From the NCBI GenBank assembly GCA_016934315.1, contig JAFGSY010000045.1:4361-68360 (forward strand): 64,000 bases of DNA, written 5' to 3'. The position numbers were made by a program, and so were the translations under genes. Source of the DNA: Candidatus Anaeroferrophillus wilburensis. GTDB taxonomy: Bacteria > Desulfobacterota > Anaeroferrophillalia > Anaeroferrophillales > Anaeroferrophillaceae. The stretch's first letter is position 1; each line of letters starts with the position of its first letter. The notes below the pieces were generated by a model. That model was not told where the DNA came from, ran no database searches, and saw only the letters and a list, made by a program, of their open reading frames with translations. Below are positions 28,348-37,962 of this stretch, one piece after another.

Positions 28348-30332
28348 TACTCAGCTCCTTGCTCCACCAGCTCCAGAGCCGGGCTTTCCTGAACAAAATC
28401 ACCAATCATCCGGATAAATTGACAGGAGGTTGAATTCACCAGTTCACATGCTTTATTGGGGCAGGCGGAGATACAGGCGCCGCAGCCCTGGCAGACCGCT
28501 TGGTTGACCTCGGAAATTCGGCTGAAATCATTCATCACCCGTGCTCCGTAGGGACAGATTTCCACACAGATGCCGCAGCCGCTGCAGACATCGTCCTTGA
28601 CTTCGGCAATCAGCGGATCGGCAATCAGAGTTTCATTGGAAAACAGGGTCTGAATTTTTCCGGAAGTGGCTAAAGCCTGGGAAACCGTATCAGTTATATC
28701 TTTGGGTGACTGGCAACAACCAGCCAGGTAAACACCCTTGGTGGAGCTTTCCACCGGATAGAGCTTGATATGGGTTTCAGAGAAAAATCCCTCTTCGTCC
28801 ACCGTCACCCGCATCTTCTTGGCCAGCTCTTTGATGCCAGCCCGCGGCTCCATCGCCAGGGCGAGAACCACCAGATCGGCATCGATCTCAACTTTTCTGC
28901 CCGTCAGGGTGTCAGCGGTCCAGACTTTTAGACTCTGGTTTTCCGGAAAAATTTTAGCCACCCGGCCGCGAATATAGACCAGCCGGTCCTCCTCCATCCC
29001 CTGCTGGACAAACTCCTCAAAATCGCGGCTGTCGGAACGGATATCCATATAGGAGATATATGCCATCCCCTCCGCCACCTGCTGGCGGTACTGACGAGCC
29101 TGTTTGGCAACATACATGCAGCAGGCCCGGGAGCAGTAGGGCTTATGCCGTTCAGGGTCACGGGAACCGACGCACTGGACAAACACCACACTCCTGGGAA
29201 TCCGGCCGTCGGAAGGGCAGACAACTTTACCGCCGGTTGGCCCCAGGGGATCAAGCATCCGCTCCATGGCCAGACCATCTATTACATCAGGATAGCGGCC
29301 GCCGCCATATTCGGGAAACTGCCGCTGGTCATACAGGTCATAACCGGTGGCCATGATAATCGCACCAATCTTCTCCACCTCAGACTCCGGCTCAGCGGCA
29401 AAAGAGATCGCCGCTTCACTGCAAGCCTGGAAACATTTATCGCAACTGCCATCGGCAACGTGCAGGCAGGCATCCTGATCGACAACCGGCTTCAGCTCCT
29501 GACCACCATATCGGTAGATTGCGCCGCGGGTGGTCAGTCCGCGATCAAAAGCATTGGGCAGTTGAACCGGACAGACCTCCAGACAGGCACCGCAATTGGT
29601 ACAAAGCTCCTGGTTGACATAGGCAGCCTGGGTGGCAATGGTAACCTCAAAATTACCCACGTAGCCATCCAGGTCAGCTACTTCGGCATTGCAGTACACC
29701 TTGATGTTCGGGTGCGCCATCACCTCCTGCACCTTGCGGCCAAGCATGGCTGGCACATCCTGAAAATAGGGAAAGGTTTTTCCCAGCTGCCGCATATGGC
29801 CGCCGATGGCTGGCTGCTTTTCCACCATGGCCACGTCATAGCCGGCATCGGCAAGATCCAGGGCCGCCATGATTCCGGCAATACCGGCACCTACCACCAG
29901 TACCCGTTTATTAAGCGAGATGGTAATGGTTTCCAACGGGATATTGTCGCGCACCTTATCCAGGGTGGCCTCGATGATATTGATCGCTTTAGCAGTGGCC
30001 ACCGGCTTATTATTCTGATGGACCCAGCTGCACTGTTCGCGGATATTGGCGATTTCCACCAGGTAGGAATTCAGCCCCACGAGACCGGCTGCCTTGCGGA
30101 AGGTATTTTCGTGCATCCGGGGCGAGCAGCAGGCCACCACCACCCCGTTGAGCCCTTCTTTTTCAATGGTATCTTTCACCAACTGCTGGCCGGGATCAGA
30201 ACACATGTACATGTAGTTCTCGGCATGCTTGACATCCTTACATTTCCGGACCTCTGTCACCACCCGGTCGACATCAACACTACCGGCAATATTGGAACCG
30301 CACCAGCAGACAAAAACCCCTATTTTTTTCAT
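28347..30332 (-). CDS. hdrA: heterodisulfide reductase subunit A-like flavoprotein
   Basis: 661 aa. N-terminal Cys domain MKKIGVFVCWCGSNIAG. FAD fold VLVVGAGIAGIMAAL. CVGSRDPERHKPYCSRACCMY. Inserted and C-terminal ferredoxin domains (CTNCGACLEVCP, CSGCGICVEICP, CQGCGACISACP). Confidence 0.85.
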   Translation of the reverse strand: MKKIGVFVCWCGSNIAGSVDVDRVVTEVRKCKDVKHAENYMYMCSDPGQQLVKDTIEKEGLNGVVVACCSPRMHENTFRKAAGLVGLNSYLVEIANIREQCSWVHQNNKPVATAKAINIIEATLDKVRDNIPLETITISLNKRVLVVGAGIAGIMAALDLADAGYDVAMVEKQPAIGGHMRQLGKTFPYFQDVPAMLGRKVQEVMAHPNIKVYCNAEVADLDGYVGNFEVTIATQAAYVNQELCTNCGACLEVCPVQLPNAFDRGLTTRGAIYRYGGQELKPVVDQDACLHVADGSCDKCFQACSEAAISFAAEPESEVEKIGAIIMATGYDLYDQRQFPEYGGGRYPDVIDGLAMERMLDPLGPTGGKVVCPSDGRIPRSVVFVQCVGSRDPERHKPYCSRACCMYVAKQARQYRQQVAEGMAYISYMDIRSDSRDFEEFVQQGMEEDRLVYIRGRVAKIFPENQSLKVWTADTLTGRKVEIDADLVVLALAMEPRAGIKELAKKMRVTVDEEGFFSETHIKLYPVESSTKGVYLAGCCQSPKDITDTVSQALATSGKIQTLFSNETLIADPLIAEVKDDVCSGCGICVEICPYGARVMNDFSRISEVNQAVCQGCGACISACPNKACELVNSTSCQFIRMIGDFVQESPALELVEQGAE

Positions 30333-30353
30333 CGATGTTTTTCCCGTTATTCC

Positions 30354-31739
30354 CTATTCAGCAGCCGCCGACTGCCGGCCACGGCGCAAAGATGAGAGAA
30401 ATACCTGTACCTTGCTGGCCGCCGCGCTGCCCTGGGCAACACTGTCGGCAATATCCTTGGTCCCCTGACAGCAGCCGGCCAGGAAAATCCCTTGCTGCCC
30501 GCTGTCAATAGGAGCCAGCTTATAATCCTCTTCAACGAAGAAACCGTCCTTATTGCACCTGATGCCAAGGATATCAGCCAGTTTTTCCGCCCCTTCATTG
30601 GGAACCATGGCTGCGGCCACCACCACCAGATCAGCGGCGATCTCAACCTTTTTACCACTCAGGGTGTCAGCTCCCCAGACCATCACCTTATCACCCTGCT
30701 GAACCAACTTGGCAGCCCGACCCCGAAGATAGACCAGGTTTTCTTCAGAGGTTGACTGCTGGAGAAACTGCTCATAGCCCTTGCCGGTGGTTCGCAGGTC
30801 AATGTAAAAAATATAGGCTTGCCCGTCATGGACCTTATGCTTATAGAGTCGGGCATGCTTGGCGGTATACATGCAGCAGACCCGTGAGCAGTAGGATTTA
30901 TGCAGCTCCGGGTTCCGGGAACCGACACACTGGATGAACACCACATCCCGGGGCACCCGACCGTCCGACGGCCGAAGAACCTTGCCAGCGGTGGGCCCGG
31001 AGGCCGAGAGAAAACGCTCCATGGTCAGCCCGTCAATAACGTCGGGTATCATTCCGCCGCCCAGTTCCGGCATGTTACGTTTCCAGTCGTAGATATCAAA
31101 ACCGGTGGCCACCACAATGGCCCCCACCCGCTCCTCGAAAAAACTGTCCTGCTGCTCGAAATCAATCGCCCCCACCGGGCAGACCTTGGCACAGACACCG
31201 CACTTGCCCTTCGTAAGGTAGCGGCAGAACTCCTCGTTAATCACCGGCTTGTTGGGCACCGCCTGGGGAGACGGGGTATAGATTGCTTTCATTGTCCCGG
31301 CATCACGCTCGAAAAGGGAGAAATTCTTAGTCGGACACTTCTCCACACAAGTGCCGCAGCCGGTACACTTGCTCCAGTCAACATAGGCCCGCTTCTGGCG
31401 GATACTGACGGTGAAATCACCCGGCTGGCCACTGAGGCCTTCCACTTCACAGTAAACCTTCAGCTGGACATTGGGGTGCTGGCCCGTTTCCACCGTTCTG
31501 GGAGTCAGGGTACACTGGGCGCAATCAAGGGTGGGGAAAGTTTCGGACAGCTGCAGCATCCGGCCGCCAATCGCCGACAGCCGCTCCACCAGAACCACCT
31601 GGTACCCGGCGCTGCCGAGATCGATGGCGGTGGTAATCCCGGCAATGCCGCCGCCGATCACCATAACCCGTCGATCTACGGGTACAGTTGCTGCCGGTGC
31701 CTTTTGCTGCTCTTCACTCATCTGCACAACGTCTCCCAT
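30354..31739 (-). CDS. second HdrA-like flavoprotein (shorter, QmoA-like length)
   Basis: 461 aa. VMVIGGGIAGITTAI, CVGSRNPELHKSYCSRVCCMY, CTGCGTCVEKCP. Lacks the N-terminal Cys domain of the 661-aa paralog. Confidence 0.8.
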   Translation of the reverse strand: MGDVVQMSEEQQKAPAATVPVDRRVMVIGGGIAGITTAIDLGSAGYQVVLVERLSAIGGRMLQLSETFPTLDCAQCTLTPRTVETGQHPNVQLKVYCEVEGLSGQPGDFTVSIRQKRAYVDWSKCTGCGTCVEKCPTKNFSLFERDAGTMKAIYTPSPQAVPNKPVINEEFCRYLTKGKCGVCAKVCPVGAIDFEQQDSFFEERVGAIVVATGFDIYDWKRNMPELGGGMIPDVIDGLTMERFLSASGPTAGKVLRPSDGRVPRDVVFIQCVGSRNPELHKSYCSRVCCMYTAKHARLYKHKVHDGQAYIFYIDLRTTGKGYEQFLQQSTSEENLVYLRGRAAKLVQQGDKVMVWGADTLSGKKVEIAADLVVVAAAMVPNEGAEKLADILGIRCNKDGFFVEEDYKLAPIDSGQQGIFLAGCCQGTKDIADSVAQGSAAASKVQVFLSSLRRGRQSAAAE

Positions 31740-31751
31740 GCCTCGCGCCCC

Positions 31752-32630
31752 CTATTCGACTCCGATCCCTTTGGCCTGCAGCATGGGCAGCGGATCGATG
31801 AGATTACGTTCAAACCCGAGTTCAGCCACCGGTAATTCCAAGGCCAGGGCCAGCAGCTGGGTGAAATAGACCACGGGAATCTGCTCGAAGGAGGGGTCGG
31901 CTTTTTTTATCTCCGGCTGCCGGTCATCCAGATTGAACTGGCACAAGGGGCAGGTGGTGATCACCAGGTCGGCACCGCAGTTTCTGGCACTGTTGAGAAT
32001 ATCCCGTGAACAGCGGGTGGCCAGATCCATAGAATGGACGGTCTGGAAGGCGCTGCAGCATTCAATTTTAAAAGGGAAATCAACCGGCTCCGCTCCCAAA
32101 GCACGGACAAAATCCTCAAAGATGGTGGGATTTTCCATGCTGTCAAGGCCGATCTCCTTCACCGGCCGCAGCAGCAGACAACCATAGTAGCAGGCGACCT
32201 TCAGGCCTTCCAGTGGCTTGCTGATCTTCTCAGCCAGCTGGTCAAAACCCAGTTCATCACGCAGAACCTGAAGGTAATGCAGCACTTCGGTCTCACCATG
32301 ATAGTCCCGTTCAATAAAATCGGTAATCTTAGCCCGCCGTTCTTCATCGGTGCGCATGACGTGATTGGTGCGTTTGAGCACATTGTAGCAGACCGAGCAG
32401 AGCGCCACCAGCTTATCACTGCCCTGCTCCTTGGTGTCGGCAAGTATCCGGGTGGGGCCGGACATGGCGATATGATAATCATTCACCAGCGGAAAGGTTG
32501 CCCCGCAGCAGGTCCAGTCGGGAAGCTCATCCAGCTCAAACCCCAGGCGCCGGCTGCACTCACGACCGGCATCATCGAGCTTCTTGGCTTTGGTGTAGAG
32601 GGTACAGCCCGGGAAGTAGGTATAGTTCAT
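31752..32630 (-). CDS. second HdrB-like protein (CCG domains)
   Basis: MNYTYFPGCT...PDWTCCGA...VACYYGC...IECCSA...TTCPLCQFN. Confidence 0.8.
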   Translation of the reverse strand: MNYTYFPGCTLYTKAKKLDDAGRECSRRLGFELDELPDWTCCGATFPLVNDYHIAMSGPTRILADTKEQGSDKLVALCSVCYNVLKRTNHVMRTDEERRAKITDFIERDYHGETEVLHYLQVLRDELGFDQLAEKISKPLEGLKVACYYGCLLLRPVKEIGLDSMENPTIFEDFVRALGAEPVDFPFKIECCSAFQTVHSMDLATRCSRDILNSARNCGADLVITTCPLCQFNLDDRQPEIKKADPSFEQIPVVYFTQLLALALELPVAELGFERNLIDPLPMLQAKGIGVE

Positions 32631-32661
32631 CTGCTAACTCCAAAAAAAGTATGCCAATCTC

Positions 32662-33078
32662 TTACAGCGAGAGAAATTTGCGATAGCCGCTGATCATGGC
32701 TATCTGTGGTGCCCTCTCAAGATAATCATCATCGAAATCCGTAACATCAATCCGGGAATTATGCTCATCCTCCCGCAGGCGCAGCACCCGCAGGGCATCC
32801 ATAATCTTGGAAATATCCACCCCCTTGGGGCAGCGGGCATGACACATGAGGCAGGCGGCGCACACCCACATGGATTTACAGGTTTTCACCTCTTCCACCA
32901 GGCCAAGCTGCAGATAGCGGACCACCTGGCTGGGCAGCAGATCCATCTCTTCCACCGATGGGCAGCCAGCCGAACAGTTTCCGCACTGATAACAGTTAAA
33001 GAAATTCTCACCGCTGATTTCCGCCACTTTCTGGACAAAATCGGCGCGGACGGTATCCTGAGAAATCGTTGCTTTCAT
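32662..33078 (-). CDS. second HdrC-like protein
   Basis: Start set at MKATISQ (avoids large overlap with fumB). CYQCGNCSAGCP and CAACLMCHARCP. Confidence 0.7.
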   Translation of the reverse strand: MKATISQDTVRADFVQKVAEISGENFFNCYQCGNCSAGCPSVEEMDLLPSQVVRYLQLGLVEEVKTCKSMWVCAACLMCHARCPKGVDISKIMDALRVLRLREDEHNSRIDVTDFDDDYLERAPQIAMISGYRKFLSL

Positions 33079-33088
33079 GGCCTTTCCC

Positions 33089-33643
33089 CTATTTCTGGTA
33101 CTGGCTGACTCCCTGCTCATACAGGTCATTGCCGTAAATATCATTGACCACCACCACCGGAAAATCCTCTACCTCCAGACGGCGGATGGCCTCCGGCCCT
33201 AAATCCTCATAAGCAATCACTTCCGCCTTTTTGATCCGCTGGGCCAACAGGGCACCTGCTCCGCCCACTGCGGTGAAGTATATCCCCTTATAGGTCTTCA
33301 TGGCATCTTTTACCGCCTGACTGCGCCCCCCCTTGCCGATCATGCCCTTGAGTCCATGGGCCAGCAGGGTGGGAGAATAGGAATCCATGCGGTAGCTGGT
33401 CGTCGGTCCGGCAGCACCGATGGCATGCCCCGGCCGGGCCGGGGTCGGCCCGACAAAATAGATAATCTCCCCCTGCAACGGCAATGGCAGTTCTTTGCCC
33501 TGCTCCAGCAGATCCACCAGACGTTTATGGGCCGCATCCCGCCCGGTGTAGATCGTTCCACTGATCAAAACCCGATCGCCGCTGCGCAGGCGCTCCACAT
33601 CAGCATCGGTCAATGGCGGAGTCAGGCGAATAGCTTCACTCAT
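33089..33643 (-). CDS. fumB: class I fumarate hydratase (Fe-S hydro-lyase) beta subunit
   Basis: Start at MSEAIRLTPPLTDADVERLRSGDRVLISG. C-terminal catalytic domain of two-subunit class I fumarase/tartrate dehydratase family. Confidence 0.7.
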   Translation of the reverse strand: MSEAIRLTPPLTDADVERLRSGDRVLISGTIYTGRDAAHKRLVDLLEQGKELPLPLQGEIIYFVGPTPARPGHAIGAAGPTTSYRMDSYSPTLLAHGLKGMIGKGGRSQAVKDAMKTYKGIYFTAVGGAGALLAQRIKKAEVIAYEDLGPEAIRRLEVEDFPVVVVNDIYGNDLYEQGVSQYQK

Positions 33644-33656
33644 AGCAACCTCTTTA

Positions 33657-34496
33657 TTAAATGACAACCTCTTTATGCCGAGCGGCATGACATTGAATAT
33701 TGATGGCCAGCGGCAGACTGGCAATATGGCAGGGCAGCATCTTGACATGGACGGCAAAACTGGTCACCCGGCCGCCAAGCCCCTGGGGACCGATGCCAAG
33801 TTCATTAATCGCTGCCAGCAGATCCTTTTCCAGCAGGGCAAGTTCTGGGTCGGCACTGGGGTCCCCGGCCGGACGCAGCAACGCCTCTTTGGCCAGCAGG
33901 GCAGCCCGCTCAAAGGTACCGCCGATACCGACCCCGACAATGGTGGGCGGACAGGGATTGGCACCGGCCTGCTGCACCCAGGCAACCACCTCCCGCTTGA
34001 TCCCCTCAATGCCGTCAGCAGGTTTGAGCATCACCACTTTTGACATATTCTCACTGCCGCCGCCTTTGGGGGCAACAATGATTTTAACTTTGTCTCCGGG
34101 AACCAGGGAATAATGAATGATGGCCGGCGTATTGTCGCCGGTATTCTTGCGGGTAAAGGGATGGCAGGATGATTTTCGCAGAAAACCTTCCTGGTAGCCG
34201 CGTCGGACACCGTCGTTGATGGCGGCTGACAAATCACCACCAACCAGGTGAACCTCCTGGCCCACTTCAACAAAGACAACCGCCAGACCGGTATCCTGAC
34301 AGATGGCTACCCGATCATGGGCGGCAATAGCAGCATTTTCCTGCAGCTGTTTGAGGATATCAATACCGGTGGGCGACTCCTCGCGGTCGATGGCAGTGGC
34401 AATCACCGCCTGCATGTCATCACCAAGTTCGTAATTGGCCGCCATACAGAGACTGGCCACAGCATCACTGATACTACCTACTGCAATTTCCCGCAT
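33657..34496 (-). CDS. fumA: class I fumarate hydratase (Fe-S hydro-lyase) alpha subunit
   Basis: 279 aa MREIAVGSISDAVASLCMAANYELGDD ... CQDTG ... C. N-terminal domain of the Fe-S hydro-lyase family with Cys ligands. Confidence 0.7.
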   Translation of the reverse strand: MREIAVGSISDAVASLCMAANYELGDDMQAVIATAIDREESPTGIDILKQLQENAAIAAHDRVAICQDTGLAVVFVEVGQEVHLVGGDLSAAINDGVRRGYQEGFLRKSSCHPFTRKNTGDNTPAIIHYSLVPGDKVKIIVAPKGGGSENMSKVVMLKPADGIEGIKREVVAWVQQAGANPCPPTIVGVGIGGTFERAALLAKEALLRPAGDPSADPELALLEKDLLAAINELGIGPQGLGGRVTSFAVHVKMLPCHIASLPLAINIQCHAARHKEVVI

Positions 34497-34854
34497 AGTC
34501 TCACCTTTACCATCATGTCAAGAGCTGCAAAACGGGGTATACTGTATACATATGGTCCGGTGATGTCAAGTTGATTTTGCCGGTCTCTTTTCTTTTTTCG
34601 CAGGAGGCAACAGCTGAGGATCAAGCAAAAAAACAACGATCCTAAGACTGCTATTGGCACGCATCAAAACGGAGGAGATGAGGTGAAAAAGAGGGACTGT
34701 TCGAGCTGGTAATCCGGGATAGCCTACCACGACGGGCTGCCAATCAACCCAGAACCATCAGCCTGGCGATCAGCAGACGCCGGGAGGACTCAAGCTGAAA
34801 CAAAGGGACAATAATACCGTGTATGCAACTTCGATCAAGGAAGATTCGGCGGGC

Positions 34855-34908
34855 AGAAAAAACCCGGCTGCTGCACAGTGAAGGAGGGAAAGGGGCGCAG
34901 CAGCCGGG
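34855..34908 (-). terminator. rho-independent terminator of the upstream leucine-catabolism operon (minus strand)
   Basis: On minus strand: cccggctgctgc-N22-gcagcagccggg followed by ttttttct. Lies between the DRE-TIM gene stop (34955) and the fumA promoter region. Confidence 0.65.
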
Positions 34909-34954
34909 GTAGAAAAACCATTAGAAGCAGAGAATCTTCCGGTTTCAGAATAAC

Positions 34955-36127
34955 TTATTTGAGGCCGGAAATCTCCGGCGGTACAACGGCATTCTCAGGC
35001 CAGCCGTCAGGAATCAGCTGACCGGGTTTTTCACCGTTCTTCTCTTTTTGAATGGGCAGCTGCGGCCGTTTGAAATCAGTACGCACCTCTTTGGGAATCC
35101 GCCCGTTGAGGATCGATTCGGAACGCAGGCGGCGGCCGACGGTTCTTTCCATCATGGTCCCCAGTTCCAGAATACGGTCAATGTCGATGCCGGTTTCAAT
35201 CCCCATCTCATCCATCATCACCAGCATATCTTCCAATACCGAAAGGCCGACCACGTTGGGATCTTTGTAATAGTACTGCCCGGTACCCAGTCCCGGCACT
35301 CCATCGACGAAATTGGCCGGCTGGCCGCCGGTACCGCCGATGGTTGCCTCAAAATTGGTAATTCCAGCCTGCAGGGCAGCCAGGACATTGGCATTCCCCC
35401 AGCCCCGAGTAACATGGAAATGACCTATATGCAGGTCCGTATTGGGCAGGGCATCGAGAATCATGGAAAAATAACGGTAGACCTTGTCCGGCGGTGCCGA
35501 ACCATCATGGTCGGCATGTTCGATGTCATCAGCACCGATGCTCAGCCATCTCTTGGTAAACTCTACTGCGTCCTCAAATTTGGTCGGACCGGAAATGGGG
35601 CTGCCCCAGATGGTGCTCACCGTCCCGCACATCTTGATGCCGGCAGCATGGCACTTTTTAATGCAGCGTTCAGCCTCTTTCCAATACTGCGGCAAAGTGG
35701 TGCCGGAGTTGGCAAAATGGTGCTGTTCATCGGTGGATACCATCATCAGAATCCGATCCGGCCCATAGCCCTTTTCTTTCAACTCAATCGCCCGATCCAC
35801 CGCACTTTCACGAATCGTGATGCAGGTCCATTCAATATCGCTGGGATTGATGCCCCGTTTGGTCAGCCGCTTTTTGAAAATATCGCTGTGGACACTTTTC
35901 AGCAGCTCTTCTGCGTCGCTGAACTGGGGCATATTGCGGGGGTTGCCAAGGTTGGTCACCTCCATCCGTTTGATACCGGCAAAGGCCATTTCGTGCAGAT
36001 AAAAGATCTTGGCCCGAGTGGGAATAAAGTGTTCCTCGTGCTGAAAACCGTCTCTGACGGTAATATCACCAATATTGACCTTTTTCGGCATCCGCTTAAA
36101 CACGTCGAAGAGATCATGGTTTGACAT
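34955..36127 (-). CDS. DRE-TIM metallolyase family protein (HMG-CoA lyase-like / pyruvate carboxyltransferase domain), 390 aa
   Basis: ITVRDGFQHEE ... HFHVTRGWGNANVLAALQAG. DRE-TIM barrel signature (DG-Q ... H-H). Confidence 0.6.
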   Translation of the reverse strand: MSNHDLFDVFKRMPKKVNIGDITVRDGFQHEEHFIPTRAKIFYLHEMAFAGIKRMEVTNLGNPRNMPQFSDAEELLKSVHSDIFKKRLTKRGINPSDIEWTCITIRESAVDRAIELKEKGYGPDRILMMVSTDEQHHFANSGTTLPQYWKEAERCIKKCHAAGIKMCGTVSTIWGSPISGPTKFEDAVEFTKRWLSIGADDIEHADHDGSAPPDKVYRYFSMILDALPNTDLHIGHFHVTRGWGNANVLAALQAGITNFEATIGGTGGQPANFVDGVPGLGTGQYYYKDPNVVGLSVLEDMLVMMDEMGIETGIDIDRILELGTMMERTVGRRLRSESILNGRIPKEVRTDFKRPQLPIQKEKNGEKPGQLIPDGWPENAVVPPEISGLK

Positions 36128-36194
36128 CGCTTTTCCTCCAAAAAAATTAGGTTATGCTGCTGGTTATAGCCATTTCACCAGAAGGTGAAATAAT

Positions 36195-36974
36195 TTATTC
36201 GCCGATATATACCGGTTTCCGCTTTTCGCGAAAAGCCAGCAAGCCTTCCTGGCGGTCCTTGGTGGGGATGGTTACGGCGTAACAGTTGGATTCGAGCGCC
36301 AAGCCTGAAGCCAGATCAACCTCGCTGCCATGGTTGATGGCATACTTGGCCATTTCAAGGGCAATGGGGGCATTTTCATTAATTTTAGCCGCCATCTCCA
36401 GAGCCTCGTCGAGGAGCTTGCCCTCTGCTGCCACCCGGTTCACCAGACCGATTTCCAGCGCTTCAGAAGCTTTGAGCCGCTGGGCCAGAAAAACCAGCTC
36501 TTTAGCTTTCCCTTTACCCACCAGGCGGGCCAGCCGCTGGGTGCCGCCGGCCCCGGGAATGATCCCCAGGCTGGTTTCCGTCAACCCCATGACCGCATTG
36601 GGCGCGGCAATCCGGATATCCGCCGCCATAGCCAGTTCCGTACCGCCGCCAAAAGCAAAACCATTGATCGCCGCAATCACCGGTTTGGGCAGATTTTCCA
36701 CCATAGTGAAGGTATTTCTGATGTTGTAGATATACTGCTTGACTTCAGCGGGGCTCATGGTCGCCCGTTCTTTCAGATCGGCACCGGAGCAAAAGGATTT
36801 CTCGCCGGCACCGGTAATCACCACTACCCGAACATCGCGGTCAAAAGCGATCTCTTTCACCACGTCGGCCAAGGAACCAAGCAGCTCGCGGTTAAGTGAG
36901 TTCATACTCTCCGGACGGTTCAAGGTAATCAGAAGCACACCGTCACGGTTATCAGTCAGAATTGTCTCTGCCAT
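36195..36974 (-). CDS. enoyl-CoA hydratase/isomerase (crotonase family; methylglutaconyl-CoA hydratase-like)
   Basis: 259 aa. ITGAGEKSFCSGADLKE and FGGGTELAMAADIRIA crotonase motifs. Confidence 0.8.
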   Translation of the reverse strand: MAETILTDNRDGVLLITLNRPESMNSLNRELLGSLADVVKEIAFDRDVRVVVITGAGEKSFCSGADLKERATMSPAEVKQYIYNIRNTFTMVENLPKPVIAAINGFAFGGGTELAMAADIRIAAPNAVMGLTETSLGIIPGAGGTQRLARLVGKGKAKELVFLAQRLKASEALEIGLVNRVAAEGKLLDEALEMAAKINENAPIALEMAKYAINHGSEVDLASGLALESNCYAVTIPTKDRQEGLLAFREKRKPVYIGE

Positions 36975-37026
36975 TACACACCTCTTTTTAAGTCTTTCCT
37001 GTTATCTGCAATGGGCAGCTATCCCA

Positions 37027-37962
37027 TCAAGATGCAGTTGATTCCTTCGCCATCTCACACCCTTTGAGAAATCCCAGCATATGACTGTTTGCCTGGGGGA
37101 TGGTGCGGGCAAACAGTTCTGCCGCCTGCACCAGGGCTTCAGGTTTAATTCCTGTGGCAAGGCCCATATCCTCAAGGCAGAAAACCAAGTCCTCGGTTGC
37201 CAGGTTGCCGGCGGCACCGGGAGCATAGGGACAGCCACCCAGTCCACCCACGGCACTGTCAAAGCGGGTTATGCCCATCTGCAGGCCGGCGACAACTCCA
37301 GCCAGGGCCCGACCACAGGTATCATGGAGATGGAGACCAAAATCGGCCTGCAGTCCGGCGGTTGCCAGGTGTTCCAGCACCACCGCCACGTGTAGCGGCG
37401 TTGCTACCCCCAAAGTATCACACAAAGTTATTTCGTTGATCCCCAAAGAGATCAACTCACTGACCAGCCCCGCCACCCCGGCAACCGGAACCCGGCCTTC
37501 ATAGGGACAGCCGAACACGTTGGAGATGGAAGCCCGGACACTCATGGTTGTTGGCACCCGGGTGGTCATTCTGCCAATAACCGCTCTGGTCTCAGCAATC
37601 GTCTGGCCGATATTGTGCCGGTTATGGGTTTCACTGGCGGAGATGAAAAAGCCCACTTTGTCAACTCCGGCATCAATGGCCTGCTCCAATCCCCGCTCAT
37701 TAGGCACCAAGGCCGAATAGACGGTACCAGCAACCCGGTCAATGGCAGCAAAAACATCAGCCGCATCGCGAAGCTGGGGAATGGCCCGGGGGCTGACGAA
37801 GGAACTGACCTCTATTTCAGCAAAGCCACAGGCTGAAAGGGCATTAATCAAAGAAATTTTCTGCTCGGTCGCCAAAAATTCCGGCAGATTCTGCCAGCCG
37901 TCCCGGGGGCCGACTTCAACAACCCTGACCGTGGCCGGCAGTGCATTGTACGGGTGAACCAT
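37027..37962 (-). CDS. hydroxymethylglutaryl-CoA lyase
   Basis: VRVVEVGPRDGWQN, CDTLGVATP, LHLHDTCGRALAGVVAG, GLGGCPYAPGAAGNLATEDLV. Classic HMGL signature. Confidence 0.75.
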   Translation of the reverse strand: MVHPYNALPATVRVVEVGPRDGWQNLPEFLATEQKISLINALSACGFAEIEVSSFVSPRAIPQLRDAADVFAAIDRVAGTVYSALVPNERGLEQAIDAGVDKVGFFISASETHNRHNIGQTIAETRAVIGRMTTRVPTTMSVRASISNVFGCPYEGRVPVAGVAGLVSELISLGINEITLCDTLGVATPLHVAVVLEHLATAGLQADFGLHLHDTCGRALAGVVAGLQMGITRFDSAVGGLGGCPYAPGAAGNLATEDLVFCLEDMGLATGIKPEALVQAAELFARTIPQANSHMLGFLKGCEMAKESTAS

